Virus record (IMG/VR): IMGVR_UViG_3300027782_000027
Span: 62,001-126,000 of that record
Strand: one strand, 5' to 3'
DNA length: 64,000 nt
In this document: in pieces, positions 38,290 through 48,959 of the stretch
How the letters are laid out: every line of letters begins with the position of its first letter
Position numbering within the stretch: the stretch's first letter is position 1
Program-made: the position numbers and the translations under genes
The notes under the pieces: generated by a model
Seen by the model: the letters and a program-made list of their open reading frames with translations, nothing else
Databases searched by the model: none
What the model was told of the DNA's origin: nothing

Positions 38290-41214
38290 ATGGCTCAACA
38301 GAATATAAATCAGTTCAATTTTAAAAAGTGGTATGTTAAACCTGTCCCAAAAATTTTTGACATTTGTTTAGCATCAGATGAAAAAGATTATAACGAAGAA
38401 GTTGTATTTTCAACTAATCTTATTGGTTATAATGATGGTAATAGATTACCTATTTATTTTGATTTAAACAATCCTTTATCATCACAAGAACTAACAATTA
38501 ATTATGGTGATTTTTTATCAGGTAATACTTTAGTTTCATTAAATTACTACAATCCACTAAATGAAGATTTAAATTGTTTAACGGCTTCTACATTATGTGA
38601 TATTGGGTTAACAGGTATAGATAACGGTTTAGTTCCGCAGATGACTGGTGAAACAATCAATTATACGATGGGGCTATTTACCGGGTCGAGTAAGTGGGAT
38701 AGATATCATTTTGATAGAAGAACAAAACTATTTCAAGTAACGGGTTATACAAATCCTCCAAACGAAAGATTTTCAGGGAATACAAAACAAACTTTGTATA
38801 ATATGGTTTCAGAATCAGGTTATACTATAACATATTACAATCAATTATATGGTGGTTTTTACCAAGGGTTCTTTAGTTTGTTTGGGTATGATTACGAAAC
38901 ATTCCCAAATAGAACAAACGAAGGGTGGACTGTTGAGATGTTGATTAGACCAAGATATGTTGATGAATTTTATCCAACCAACACTCAAACAACTTTAAAT
39001 TTAACATATCCTGAAAATGAAAATACTTTTTTTTATTTTGGGGCAAGAGCTGAAAATAAATTTTATCATCATGCCTCAGGTTCACCATCTTCAGATAGTG
39101 GATATACAAGAGTTACAAGTGTTTTAAGCGGATGTTTAGAAACTTGTGCATGTTCAAACACAGGTGTTACTAATTCAAGGTGTGTTGAAGTATATGAACC
39201 TTTAGTTTATAAAGCTCAGCATAATACCGATTGTAACTGTGGGTGTAACGCAACCACACAAGTTCCAAATAGTGATAAAGACCCGTTATATGACTCAATG
39301 TCAAACTCGTTTTCTTTAAGATTGTCTGGTGACCCAAAAAACCCAAAAGTTTGTGTTAAAGTATTAACATTTACAGGAGGTTGTGTTACAACGGGGACAT
39401 GTCCAACAACGGGAATTACATATCAAACAGGTTATACTATTACAGAATATTGTTCATCAAATCAAATTTTTGATTATTGTGAAGATTTAAATTCTGATTA
39501 TACAACAAAAGAACATTGGATTTTAGTTGATTGTGTGTGGGAAAGAAGTACTTACTTTGATACTTGTGATTTATATTACAGGGGTGGATTAGGATTGATT
39601 AGTGATACAGAGTATGTTGATAGTTTATCAAATAATAGTATATTACTTATTCAACCACCTATTACTCATGAGGGTTCGGCACCTGCTGAAGAGGTTGAAA
39701 TTGTTAACCTAAATGAAAGATGGTTAATTGAGAGAGAAGATAGATTAGGTGTTTTAAAAATTTATATTAACGGAAGATTATTTTATGTCATTAATGGATT
39801 TGAAGAAGTAATTCCAAGAGCTCTAAACACAGAAAAAGAAAAACAATTAGGTGTTCCGTTTAATATATCTTGGGGTGGCGGCACACAAGGGTTAAGGGAA
39901 AGTTTAACCTTTACAGGATGTCCAACAACCTTAACAGGATTGACTTACATGCAAGACCCTGAGGTTATGCCAAATCAAACATTATCAGGAACATCATATT
40001 CGGCATTAACAACTAACATATTATTAGAACCAACATTTGGTGGTACATTTGACGGGGCAATTTCTCAGTTTAGAATGTATACTGAACCATTAAGTTATCC
40101 TGAAATTATACATAATTTTGATATTTTAAAAAGTCCTTTTTTACTTTTTGATTATGGATGCCCCGACTGTACAGACAGTTTAATCAATGATATTTGTTTA
40201 TTAGTATCAGGCAATAATCTTACAGTTACTTCAACCACTTTTGCAAATAGAACATTTAATTTGTATTACGAAGTTTCTCCTGAAATACCAAGATACTTAA
40301 TAACATCTGCTCAAACTTTTCCATTTACTGTGGATAATACAACAATACCAAATTGTTGTTATAATAATTTTTATCTATATCTTATAGAAGATGACCAAAC
40401 ATTTATTTTAACTTGCTTTGACCCAAGTAGACCAACACCAACCCCTACACCAACAGTCACACCAACCCCATCAATGACTCCGACAATTACACCAACACCA
40501 TCAATTACACCAACAATTTACGCATCCCCAACACCAACAACAACACCTACACCAACTAATACTGAAACTCCAACACCTACACCAACAAACACACCTACCG
40601 TAACTCAAACACCAACTAATACTGCTACGGTTACACAGACTCCGACTAATACTGTAACACCTAGTCAAACAGCGACAAACACACCAACTGTAACGCAAAC
40701 ACCAACGGTAACATCAACAGTGACTAATACACCAACGGTTACCAAAACACCAACGGTAACTCCGACAACTAGTTTAACTCCATCACCATCACCGGCGGAA
40801 CCTTTAAATATGTATGTGATTGGTAATGAAAAAAATGGTGACTGTTCAGTATCAAGTATGGTAGTTCAATATAGAAATATTAATGGTAATTATGTAAGTC
40901 AAACTTTAGGTTCACTCACAGATATTGGTTATATGACGGTTATATCTTATGCTAGTTATCCACCAAGATGGATATCAGGGCCAGCGTCACCTGATGGATT
41001 TGATTTAATTGACTTAGGAACTTATACATCAACAAGTTGTTATAATTTCCAATTAACAACTTATTGTCAAACATTACCACCTGACTTAACTTTAAATTAT
41101 GTGGATTGTAATGGTGTGAGTCAAACTATAGATTACGCAGGTGAAAGTGAGTATTCTTTCTCGGCAAGAACATTTACGGCTGAAAACAAAATACAAATTC
41201 AGAAACTACCTTAA
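38290..41214 (+). CDS. Virion protein with LamG-like region, Cys-rich segments and Thr/Pro stalk
   Basis: [20 protein letters not shown] (LamG-like), multiple CxC motifs, and a TPT repeat of about 120 aa. Confidence 0.8.
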   Translation: MAQQNINQFNFKKWYVKPVPKIFDICLASDEKDYNEEVVFSTNLIGYNDGNRLPIYFDLNNPLSSQELTINYGDFLSGNTLVSLNYYNPLNEDLNCLTASTLCDIGLTGIDNGLVPQMTGETINYTMGLFTGSSKWDRYHFDRRTKLFQVTGYTNPPNERFSGNTKQTLYNMVSESGYTITYYNQLYGGFYQGFFSLFGYDYETFPNRTNEGWTVEMLIRPRYVDEFYPTNTQTTLNLTYPENENTFFYFGARAENKFYHHASGSPSSDSGYTRVTSVLSGCLETCACSNTGVTNSRCVEVYEPLVYKAQHNTDCNCGCNATTQVPNSDKDPLYDSMSNSFSLRLSGDPKNPKVCVKVLTFTGGCVTTGTCPTTGITYQTGYTITEYCSSNQIFDYCEDLNSDYTTKEHWILVDCVWERSTYFDTCDLYYRGGLGLISDTEYVDSLSNNSILLIQPPITHEGSAPAEEVEIVNLNERWLIEREDRLGVLKIYINGRLFYVINGFEEVIPRALNTEKEKQLGVPFNISWGGGTQGLRESLTFTGCPTTLTGLTYMQDPEVMPNQTLSGTSYSALTTNILLEPTFGGTFDGAISQFRMYTEPLSYPEIIHNFDILKSPFLLFDYGCPDCTDSLINDICLLVSGNNLTVTSTTFANRTFNLYYEVSPEIPRYLITSAQTFPFTVDNTTIPNCCYNNFYLYLIEDDQTFILTCFDPSRPTPTPTPTVTPTPSMTPTITPTPSITPTIYASPTPTTTPTPTNTETPTPTPTNTPTVTQTPTNTATVTQTPTNTVTPSQTATNTPTVTQTPTVTSTVTNTPTVTKTPTVTPTTSLTPSPSPAEPLNMYVIGNEKNGDCSVSSMVVQYRNINGNYVSQTLGSLTDIGYMTVISYASYPPRWISGPASPDGFDLIDLGTYTSTSCYNFQLTTYCQTLPPDLTLNYVDCNGVSQTIDYAGESEYSFSARTFTAENKIQIQKLP
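40430..40797 (+). repeat. Coding Thr-Pro low-complexity repeat
   Basis: [19 protein letters not shown]...[11 protein letters not shown]. Confidence 0.9.
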
Positions 41215-41221
41215 ATTTAAT

Positions 41222-41250
41222 TTGACTTATAATATTTAATTGGTTAATCT
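41222..41250 (+). promoter_or_regulatory. Sigma70-type promoter TTGACT-N17-TAATCT (DNA polymerase)
   Basis: -35 at 41222-41227 and -10 at 41245-41250. Confidence 0.65.
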
Positions 41251-41257
41251 TACCACA

Positions 41258-41285
41258 TAAGGTAAATTCCGACCTTAATTCGGAA
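41258..41285 (+). promoter_or_regulatory. Putative H-type RNA pseudoknot in the polymerase 5' leader
   Basis: UAAGGU (41258-63) pairs with ACCUUA (41272-77); UUCCG (41267-71) pairs with CGGAA (41281-85). Confidence 0.5.
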
Positions 41286-41308
41286 GCAAATACACCATTT
41301 TAAATTTT

Positions 41309-44089
41309 ATGATATCAAACGAAGAAATTGAAAATTTCCTTCAGGGAAATGATGACGAAAAATATATCGTCAGTGTTGAATACGATTACGTCAAAGATTG
41401 TGTTTGGAAAATTCTTGAACACCCAATTCACGGAAAACAAATTAAAAAAGATACCTTCATCCCATTTGCTTGGGTAGGTGACTTACGTGGATTAAACTTT
41501 TATAAATCCTCAAAAGCATTACAGAAAGAAGCAATGACAAAACATAAAATTGTCATTGAGAAATTAAGAACAGATGGTAATGAACGATTAGAAAAAGGTT
41601 TAACTTTTATGGTTAAGTCTTTAAACGGATATCGTTCACTCATTCAGTTTTTTAGAGATGGTGGTGTTGACCCATGGGGTGAAACAACTAAAGGATTGGT
41701 ATTAATATTACCACCTGTTGAACAATTTTTGGTAACCAAAGAGAAACGATTATTCAAAGGATTTGATGACTACAATAGTATCACAAGATTTGTATTTGAC
41801 TTAGAGACGACTGCATTAGAACCAAAGGATGGTCGTATATTCATGATAGGGATGAAAACCAATAAAGGTTTTAGTCAGGTAATTGAGTGTTCAGATGAAG
41901 ACCAAGAAAGAGAAGGTATCATTAAATTTTTTAATACCATAGATGAACTTAAACCAAGTATTATCGCGTCATACAACGGATTTAACTTTGACTGGTTATG
42001 GATTTTTGAAAGAGCCAAAGCCTTAAAATTAGATATTAAAAAAATTGCCAAGACATTAAATCCAATCAACCCAATCAAACAATCTGAAAGTATGTTGAAA
42101 TTGGCAAACGAGGTTGAAAGATTTAATCAGACATCCATGTGGGGTTATAACGTTATTGACACGTTACATGCCGTTAGAAGAGCTCAGGCAATCAATTCAT
42201 CCATCAAATCAGCCGGTTTGAAGTATATTACCCAATACATTAAGGCAGAATCACCTGACCGTGTTTATATTGACCACACAGACATTGGTTCATTTTACTC
42301 AAAGAAAGAAGATTTTTGGTTAAATATACAAAACGGAAAATATAAGAAAGTGGGTGTTGACCCAAAGATTGATGACGCTTGTTCCAAACACTCAAGTATC
42401 TACATTAAGACAACAGGTGATGACTTGGTTGAACGATACCTTGACGATGACTTAGAAGAAACTTTAACGGTTGACGAAGAATTTAACCAAGGTTCATTCC
42501 TACTCGCATCTTTAGTTCCCACAACATATGAAAGAGTTTCAACAATGGGAACGGCAACATTATGGGAAATCCAAATGAGAGCTTGGTCATATAAGAACAT
42601 GTTGGCAATTCCTAAAAAGAATGAAAAAACAGAATTTGTAGGAGGCTTATCACGATTACTTAAAGTAGGATTTTCAACTGATGTATTGAAACTTGACTTC
42701 TCGTCACTTTATCCTTCAATTCAACTTGAACACGATGTATTCCCAACTTGTGATATTACAGGGGCGATGAAGGGTATGTTAAATTACTTCCGTAATACTC
42801 GTATCAAATATAAAAACTTGGCAAAAGAATATCAGGATATTGATAAAAAGCAAGCAACATCATTTGACAGAAAACAATTACCAATTAAGATTTTTATTAA
42901 CTCCATGTTTGGAGCTCTATCGGCTCCACAAGTATTTCACTGGGGTGACATGTATATGGGTGAACAGATTACCTGTACAGGACGACAATACCTTCGTCAG
43001 ATGTTACGTTTCTTTATGAAGAGAGGATATGTTGCGTTAGTGTGTGATACGGATGGTATGAACTTCTCATTACCTGAAGGTGGTGTAGACGATAGAAGAT
43101 ATATCGGTAAGGGAAAGAATTGGTTAGTTAAAGAGGGTAAAGAATATAAAGGATATGATGCCGATGTTGCCGAGTTTAACGATATGTTTATGAAAGGAGC
43201 CATGGGGTTAGATTGTGATGGGACTTGGAAATCCTGTATGAATATCGCTCGTAAGAACTACGCAACAATGGAACATAATGGTAAGATTAAACTTACAGGT
43301 AACTCAATCAAGAGTAAAAAACTTCCACTTTATATTGAGGACTTCTTGGATAAAGGAATTAAAATGTTATTGGAAGGTAACGGACAAGATTTTGTTGAGT
43401 GGTACTATGAATATTTGGAAATAATCTTTAACCAACAAATCCCTTTAATGAAGATTGCACAAAGAGCAAAAGTAAAACTATCTATTGACGATTACAACAA
43501 ACGTTCAAACGAAAAAACAAAGGCAGGTCATATGATGTCAAGACAAGCCCATATGGAACTTGCAATTCGTGACGGTATTGCGGTAAGTTTGGGTGATGTA
43601 ATATTTTATGTTAATAACGGTCTTAAAGCATCACATGGAGATGTTCAAAAGGTAAATGAAAAAATGTCTAAGCAAGAAAAAGACCAGTATAGTTTATTTC
43701 ATGGTAAAGAACCTGTGTTAGGTTCACACGTCCAACTTAATTGTTATCGTATTGACCCCTCAGATTTAGAGAATAACCCTACTATGACAGGTGAATATAA
43801 CATTGCAAGAGCAGTTGCTACTTTCAACAAACGTATTGAACCATTATTGATTGTGTTTAACGAAGAAATTAGAAATAATTTAATTGTTACTGACCCTAAA
43901 GACAGAGGTTTATTTACCAAAGAACAATGTAGACTAACCAATGGTATTCCTTTTGAATCTGGTGACCAAGATAGTATTGAAGATTTGTTAACTATTACAG
44001 ACCAAGAAATGGTGTATTGGGGTAAACGAGGAATTGACCCTGAATACATTTACGAACTTGCAGAAGAAGGGTGGGAAGAGATGGTATAA
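41309..44089 (+). CDS. Family B DNA polymerase
   Basis: FDLET, YNGFNFD, LDFSSLYPS, KIFINSMFG, CDTDG and RKNY motifs. Confidence 0.95.
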   Translation: MISNEEIENFLQGNDDEKYIVSVEYDYVKDCVWKILEHPIHGKQIKKDTFIPFAWVGDLRGLNFYKSSKALQKEAMTKHKIVIEKLRTDGNERLEKGLTFMVKSLNGYRSLIQFFRDGGVDPWGETTKGLVLILPPVEQFLVTKEKRLFKGFDDYNSITRFVFDLETTALEPKDGRIFMIGMKTNKGFSQVIECSDEDQEREGIIKFFNTIDELKPSIIASYNGFNFDWLWIFERAKALKLDIKKIAKTLNPINPIKQSESMLKLANEVERFNQTSMWGYNVIDTLHAVRRAQAINSSIKSAGLKYITQYIKAESPDRVYIDHTDIGSFYSKKEDFWLNIQNGKYKKVGVDPKIDDACSKHSSIYIKTTGDDLVERYLDDDLEETLTVDEEFNQGSFLLASLVPTTYERVSTMGTATLWEIQMRAWSYKNMLAIPKKNEKTEFVGGLSRLLKVGFSTDVLKLDFSSLYPSIQLEHDVFPTCDITGAMKGMLNYFRNTRIKYKNLAKEYQDIDKKQATSFDRKQLPIKIFINSMFGALSAPQVFHWGDMYMGEQITCTGRQYLRQMLRFFMKRGYVALVCDTDGMNFSLPEGGVDDRRYIGKGKNWLVKEGKEYKGYDADVAEFNDMFMKGAMGLDCDGTWKSCMNIARKNYATMEHNGKIKLTGNSIKSKKLPLYIEDFLDKGIKMLLEGNGQDFVEWYYEYLEIIFNQQIPLMKIAQRAKVKLSIDDYNKRSNEKTKAGHMMSRQAHMELAIRDGIAVSLGDVIFYVNNGLKASHGDVQKVNEKMSKQEKDQYSLFHGKEPVLGSHVQLNCYRIDPSDLENNPTMTGEYNIARAVATFNKRIEPLLIVFNEEIRNNLIVTDPKDRGLFTKEQCRLTNGIPFESGDQDSIEDLLTITDQEMVYWGKRGIDPEYIYELAEEGWEEMV

Positions 44090-44091
44090 TG

Positions 44092-44130
44092 AAAAAAGGA
44101 ATATGTTAAAAATACATATTCCTTTTTTTT
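44092..44130. terminator. Bidirectional terminator
   Basis: AAAAAAGGAATATGT-loop-ACATATTCCTTTTTT between convergent genes. Confidence 0.85.
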
Positions 44131-44464
44131 ATGATTGTTTTAATCCGTCTGAGGAAACTACAAACCATGAACCAAATGCATAATATAGTTCAACACAAGC
44201 GCCTTTTTCAATATTAATTTCACTATACTCTTCATCAATCAAACCTTCAATGGGTTTGATTTTTGTATTTGTAAGTGCTTTAACAATTACGTGGTCAGTA
44301 TTGTTATGATTTAAAATGATTTTAATTTCATCTAATTCTTTTGTAATAACTACTGATTCTCCTTCTGTTGTATAACTTTCATCTGAAACCATACATACTT
44401 CAGATGTTGTTAAAACTTGGTTCCCGATAACACGTCTCATCGGAATTGATTTTTGTATACTCAT
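44129..44464 (-). CDS. Hypothetical small beta-rich virion protein
   Basis: 111-aa ORF downstream of the neck gene. Confidence 0.7.
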   Translation of the reverse strand: MSIQKSIPMRRVIGNQVLTTSEVCMVSDESYTTEGESVVITKELDEIKIILNHNNTDHVIVKALTNTKIKPIEGLIDEEYSEINIEKGACVELYYAFGSWFVVSSDGLKQS

Positions 44465-44468
44465 AAAA

Positions 44469-45599
44469 TTATATTACATACATATTTCTTGGGAACGCTC
44501 TGAACTTCATTTGTTTGTTAAGATTTTCAGCAATTAATGCCTCACGTTCCATTATTTTTTCAGGTCTTAATCTTGTCAATCTACCATCTGCTCCAATTAA
44601 CTCCTCAATCAATTTTGTTTTTTCATCTTTACCCTCAGTGGCTAAAGTAGCGTAATCCATAGTTAATTCAGAGTCAGGTGTCTTTAAGTTTCCTGAATAT
44701 TTTCCTCTAACTTTTGATAATGTTTCTTTACAACTTGCTACAAAATATCTTCTAACCCACTGTTGTGCGGGGTCATTTAAGTCAACCCAACCAATTGAAT
44801 TCATCGGAACATCTGAAGGAAGTTTAATAATATCAGGATTTGCAGCTAAACAAGCATCTCTATCCTGAGGTCCAACATCGTAATACCAATACCATACTTG
44901 GTGATGGTTTAATGATGAACTACCAAAGTCAAATTTACCACCAGGTGTCTGCATTAAATGAATTGCCTTTTTACCATTAGGTAATCCTGTTATTCTATAA
45001 GTTAAATCACCACCAATAATTCTTCTTTGGATATTAATTTCTTGCATTCTTAATAACATATCAAATGCGGATGTCATAAAGTATGAACCCGAACCACCCA
45101 TTTGAGCAAAACCACCAGGTCCACCAATGCCTGTACCACCTAAAGCCCCAAAACTCCATGGGTCAAATAATACATTATTTAACGTTGCCGGTGTAAACCA
45201 TAATAATTCATTGATTTCACGACCTGCGGGTATTTCATAAATCTGTTGGTTTGGAACTAATGTGATATAATCTTTTTTAAGTTCCCAATCACCAAGAGGT
45301 GATGATTGTAAACCAACTATTTTAGAGTATGCCTGAGCATATCTGTTTTCGTAATCTAAACTCTTAGTTACAAATGCTCTTGATAATGATTGTGTATCTA
45401 AATTTAAATTATATAATGAAGTCCATTGTGATTCAATTAACCAATCTTGAACATATTGGGAGTAATCCCCGATAGAAAATTCCAAGATTGAATCCATTTG
45501 TTCATCTTCTAATTCAATTGAACGAATTGGTGCTCCGAGTACGTGTCTAACTTTTGTATATAGTTGACTTCTGTATGGTTCTGCGATTATTGTATTCAT
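44469..45599 (-). CDS. Neck/head-tail adaptor (T4 gp13-like)
   Basis: KVRHVLGAPIRSIELEDEQMD (compare gp13 LR.LGAP...VE...Q..D). Confidence 0.8.
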   Translation of the reverse strand: MNTIIAEPYRSQLYTKVRHVLGAPIRSIELEDEQMDSILEFSIGDYSQYVQDWLIESQWTSLYNLNLDTQSLSRAFVTKSLDYENRYAQAYSKIVGLQSSPLGDWELKKDYITLVPNQQIYEIPAGREINELLWFTPATLNNVLFDPWSFGALGGTGIGGPGGFAQMGGSGSYFMTSAFDMLLRMQEINIQRRIIGGDLTYRITGLPNGKKAIHLMQTPGGKFDFGSSSLNHHQVWYWYYDVGPQDRDACLAANPDIIKLPSDVPMNSIGWVDLNDPAQQWVRRYFVASCKETLSKVRGKYSGNLKTPDSELTMDYATLATEGKDEKTKLIEELIGADGRLTRLRPEKIMEREALIAENLNKQMKFRAFPRNMYVI

Positions 45600-45615
45600 G
45601 AAGTGATATTTTTAT

Positions 45616-45622
45616 ATAAATA
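45616..45622 (-). promoter_or_regulatory. TATTTAT putative late promoter (neck)
   Basis: Upstream of the 45599 start. Confidence 0.65.
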
Positions 45623-47128
45623 TCAATTCACAGTATAAATTAAATCTTGTGTTGGGATTTTAAACATACTTGAACTAAAAGCGACAGTTTTGTTTTTAAA
45701 AATATAAACTTCTTTATTAATATTTGAGAAAATTAATAAGTCGGTATTAAACTTTTTGACAAAACCTTTAATTTTAATATTATAGAAACCGTCAATTACT
45801 TCCATACTTAAAATTGGTTTAACTTGAGCGTTTTGTATTTTGTTATCAAAATTCACTGTTAAATCAGTTCCCGCAAAATCTTCTTTTGAACCTAAACTAC
45901 CAACTACAACTGCAGTTCCTTCACCAAATTCTTGATTGATTTTTTTTGCGACATACTCCTCAAGTTGACCACCTTTGTCATGTGTTCTTTTTAAAAGTTT
46001 CATAATCTTATCAAGAGTTTTAGACCCTTTAAAAATTCTTTCACCAAAAAACTCCATATAAGAACAAAATTTATTTATTTCTTCTACTTGTTGTAAAGGT
46101 GTTACCCCAATAAAATTTAATGTGGGTTTATTTAGTTTCGTAAGGACTGCGTTTAAATCATCAACTAAAATCTTAAACCCAATATAATTTGTATTTAATT
46201 TATTAATTACTGAACGACCTGGTTGTTCTAAGTCGTAAATACCTGAAGATGAACCTTCGGAGTGTTGATTGTTTTCATGCCACTTATCAGACAAAACCGT
46301 TTTCAACGTATTATCAATACATCGTCTGTAAGTCCAAAGAACATTTTTGTTGTTACTAAAAATATCTGAGTAATCCGACACGTTTTCGTATAACAGTTTT
46401 TTTGGTGAAGTTGATTCGTTCAATTTTTTTTCAGTTTTTGATTTGTATAACTCATTAACAAATTCCCAGTTGATTACTTCCCAAAAATTTTCAATATATT
46501 CGTCTCTTTTGTTTTGGTATTTTAAATAATATGCGTGTTCCCATAAATCCAAACCTAACAACGGAAAACCACCTTGATTAATTATATTCATAAGTGGGTT
46601 GTCTTGATTTGAGGTGGACATTACTTTTAATCTACCTGTATCGGTTAGAACTAACCAACACCATCCTGAACCAAATCGTTTTTTTGATATTTCTTCAAAT
46701 TTAGTTTTGAAATTACGATACGTCCCAAATTGTTTAACAATTTTTTCAAACACTTCACCACTTGGTTTTTGCGGTGTGGGTGATAACATCTTCCAAAACA
46801 ATGCGTGGTTAAATGCTCCACCTGCGTTATTTCTTATTGTTGTATTATACTTTGATATCTGTTTAACAATATTCTCCAATTCAACATCACCATAATCTTT
46901 TTTACGAAGAGCTGAATTTAATTTTTTAACATACCCCTTGTAATGTTTTTGATAATGAAATTTCATTGTCTCAGGGTCAATAAATCTTCTTAACGATGCG
47001 TATCCATACGGTAGTTTATCAATACCAATGGTTTTCATTTCATTAATAAAAAATTTGGTTTCAGGTTGAGTTTCCTCACCTAACAAACGACTAACTAATG
47101 ACTCTGATACTATATTTAACGATTTCAT
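45623..47128 (-). CDS. Mn/Fe superoxide dismutase fused to a ~260-aa C-terminal domain
   Basis: LPYGY...FHYQKHY, NAGGAFNHALFW and GLDLWEHAYYLKYQN, with all four metal ligands present; long extra C-terminus. Confidence 0.9.
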   Translation of the reverse strand: MKSLNIVSESLVSRLLGEETQPETKFFINEMKTIGIDKLPYGYASLRRFIDPETMKFHYQKHYKGYVKKLNSALRKKDYGDVELENIVKQISKYNTTIRNNAGGAFNHALFWKMLSPTPQKPSGEVFEKIVKQFGTYRNFKTKFEEISKKRFGSGWCWLVLTDTGRLKVMSTSNQDNPLMNIINQGGFPLLGLDLWEHAYYLKYQNKRDEYIENFWEVINWEFVNELYKSKTEKKLNESTSPKKLLYENVSDYSDIFSNNKNVLWTYRRCIDNTLKTVLSDKWHENNQHSEGSSSGIYDLEQPGRSVINKLNTNYIGFKILVDDLNAVLTKLNKPTLNFIGVTPLQQVEEINKFCSYMEFFGERIFKGSKTLDKIMKLLKRTHDKGGQLEEYVAKKINQEFGEGTAVVVGSLGSKEDFAGTDLTVNFDNKIQNAQVKPILSMEVIDGFYNIKIKGFVKKFNTDLLIFSNINKEVYIFKNKTVAFSSSMFKIPTQDLIYTVN

Positions 47129-47133
47129 TAATT

Positions 47134-47140
47134 ATAAATA
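47134..47140 (-). promoter_or_regulatory. TATTTAT putative late promoter (SOD fusion)
   Basis: 5 nt upstream of the 47128 start. Confidence 0.6.
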
Positions 47141-47141
47141 C

Positions 47142-48902
47142 TTACTTACTATTGATTTCGTTAAGTATTTGTTCAACAATATCTACAGAACTTTCGTCAA
47201 TATCACCCATAACCGTACCAATTATCTGTTTCTTCCTTGTAAGAATATCATAAATAACTCCTTCAATAGAGTTATCAAATAATGGATAGTATATTGAAAC
47301 TGAATTTTTTTGTCCATATCTATACGCTCGGTCTTCGGCTTGAGCATGTTCAGCGGGTACAAACGATAAGTCATTCATAATAACGGCCTCACCAGCGGTA
47401 AGTGTCAATCCAACCCCCGCAGCTTTCATGTTACCACAAAAAACTTGTATTTTATCACTCTCTTGGAACTTGTCAACCGCATCCTGTCTTGCGGGTTTTG
47501 ATGTTGACCCATCTAAATAAACAGACTTCTTACCAAAATGTTCGTGTATCTTTTTTAAAGGTTCAGTGAAGTTACTGAAGATAATAACTTTTTTACCCTG
47601 TTCAATAATGTTCTCAGCAAGTTCAATTGTTATAGATATTTTTTCTTCAGCAATTACCTGTCTTACTTTCATAAGTTTTGAAAACTGAACTGAGAGAGAC
47701 CTTGACTCATCTTGTCTATTATTATACCAATCATAATACTCACCCATCAACCCTTCATACAATCTTGATTTTAAACGAAGATAAACAGGTGTGATAATTT
47801 TTTCAGGTAAATCTAAAACTTCAGTCTTTAATCTTCTTAATATTTGACGTGAAGTTCTTTCTCTTAATTCTTCTAAATTAGATGCTCCTGTCACATTCCA
47901 AATCTTTTTACCACCAACTCTAAACTGATACCCACCACAATATCTAATTGCATATGCTTGCCAGTTTTGACTCACAGGACTATCAATAAGTTTTAAGATA
48001 TTATAATAATTCATGGGACGAGAAGTCATTGGTGTCCCCGTTAATAACCAAAGTTTTTTAATGTTTTTGGTTACATCCATTATAATCTTTGTTCTTTGAG
48101 CCTGAGCATTTGAAACATAATGGGCTTCATCAATAATAACCAAATCAAATTTTGAATTAAGAATTGTTGAACCATTTTTATCTTTTGGGTCGTGAAAGTT
48201 TTTCAGGATATCGTAATTTACAATTACGTAATCCGACAATTCAAACTTTTTACCTTCACAGATATAAACTGATTTGTCGGTATAGTTTTTAATTTCTCTT
48301 TCCCAATTTATTTTAAGAGATGCCGGACATATGATTAAAATTCTATTTGTACCGCTTTCTAATGAAGCAATCACCGCAGAAGTGGTCTTACCAAGTCCCA
48401 TGTCATCCGCCAAAATGAACTTATCGTTCTTTAATAATTTTTCTATCGCTTCTTTTTGATGAGCAAGTGGTGGTCGGTTTTCATATTTTGTATAATCAAC
48501 ATCAACCAAGTTTTCGGTGTATTGTTTAATAACCGCAGCTCTCGGTATCCAAAAATCATGGATAGTCTCTCCACTAAAAATTTTACCCCAAATGTGATAT
48601 GACTTATCTTTTTCAACTAAAATTTTTTCAACGTATATTTTATCAGGTTCCTTAATAAAAGGATTGTCAGCAACAAGTTTTTGTGAAAAGTATGAATCAA
48701 TCTCAACCCATTTTTTAGCAACTTTTGGAACTACTGAATTGTAGTCAATAACATAATCACATTGAGCTCTTGTTGGAAGATACTTTTTATTTGAATCAAT
48801 CTGTTTTTTTAATTTGAGGATATAGTTATTTGACCCCTGATAATTTTCAAGAATAGATATTGCTTGTTGTTCAATACTTAAATGTCCTGTAGAAGTTGTC
48901 AA
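47142..48902 (-). CDS. SNF2-family (SMARCAL1/HARP-like) helicase
   Basis: LADDMGLGKT, IIDEAH, LTGTP, GVGLTL and QAEDRAYRYGQ motifs; TTG start. Confidence 0.93.
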   Translation of the reverse strand: MTTSTGHLSIEQQAISILENYQGSNNYILKLKKQIDSNKKYLPTRAQCDYVIDYNSVVPKVAKKWVEIDSYFSQKLVADNPFIKEPDKIYVEKILVEKDKSYHIWGKIFSGETIHDFWIPRAAVIKQYTENLVDVDYTKYENRPPLAHQKEAIEKLLKNDKFILADDMGLGKTTSAVIASLESGTNRILIICPASLKINWEREIKNYTDKSVYICEGKKFELSDYVIVNYDILKNFHDPKDKNGSTILNSKFDLVIIDEAHYVSNAQAQRTKIIMDVTKNIKKLWLLTGTPMTSRPMNYYNILKLIDSPVSQNWQAYAIRYCGGYQFRVGGKKIWNVTGASNLEELRERTSRQILRRLKTEVLDLPEKIITPVYLRLKSRLYEGLMGEYYDWYNNRQDESRSLSVQFSKLMKVRQVIAEEKISITIELAENIIEQGKKVIIFSNFTEPLKKIHEHFGKKSVYLDGSTSKPARQDAVDKFQESDKIQVFCGNMKAAGVGLTLTAGEAVIMNDLSFVPAEHAQAEDRAYRYGQKNSVSIYYPLFDNSIEGVIYDILTRKKQIIGTVMGDIDESSVDIVEQILNEINSK

Positions 48903-48929
48903 ATTATTTTAATTAACTATACAACTATA

Positions 48930-48958
48930 ATAATAATCAAAAAAGAAATATTTATCAA
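48930..48958 (-). promoter_or_regulatory. Sigma70-type promoter TTGATA-N17-TATTAT (helicase)
   Basis: -35 at 48958-48953 and -10 at 48935-48930. Confidence 0.6.
48949..48955 (+). promoter_or_regulatory. TATTTAT putative late promoter
   Basis: 4 nt before ATG 48960. Confidence 0.6.
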
Positions 48959-48959
48959 T

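Noticed and set aside
41309-44089. Intein or intron in the DNA polymerase
   Set aside because: The ORF is continuous with normal motif spacing, and I saw no splicing or homing endonuclease motifs.
48882-48959. N-terminal extension of the gp14-like gene
   Set aside because: It overlaps the helicase start and both promoters; ATG 48960 follows the late motif.
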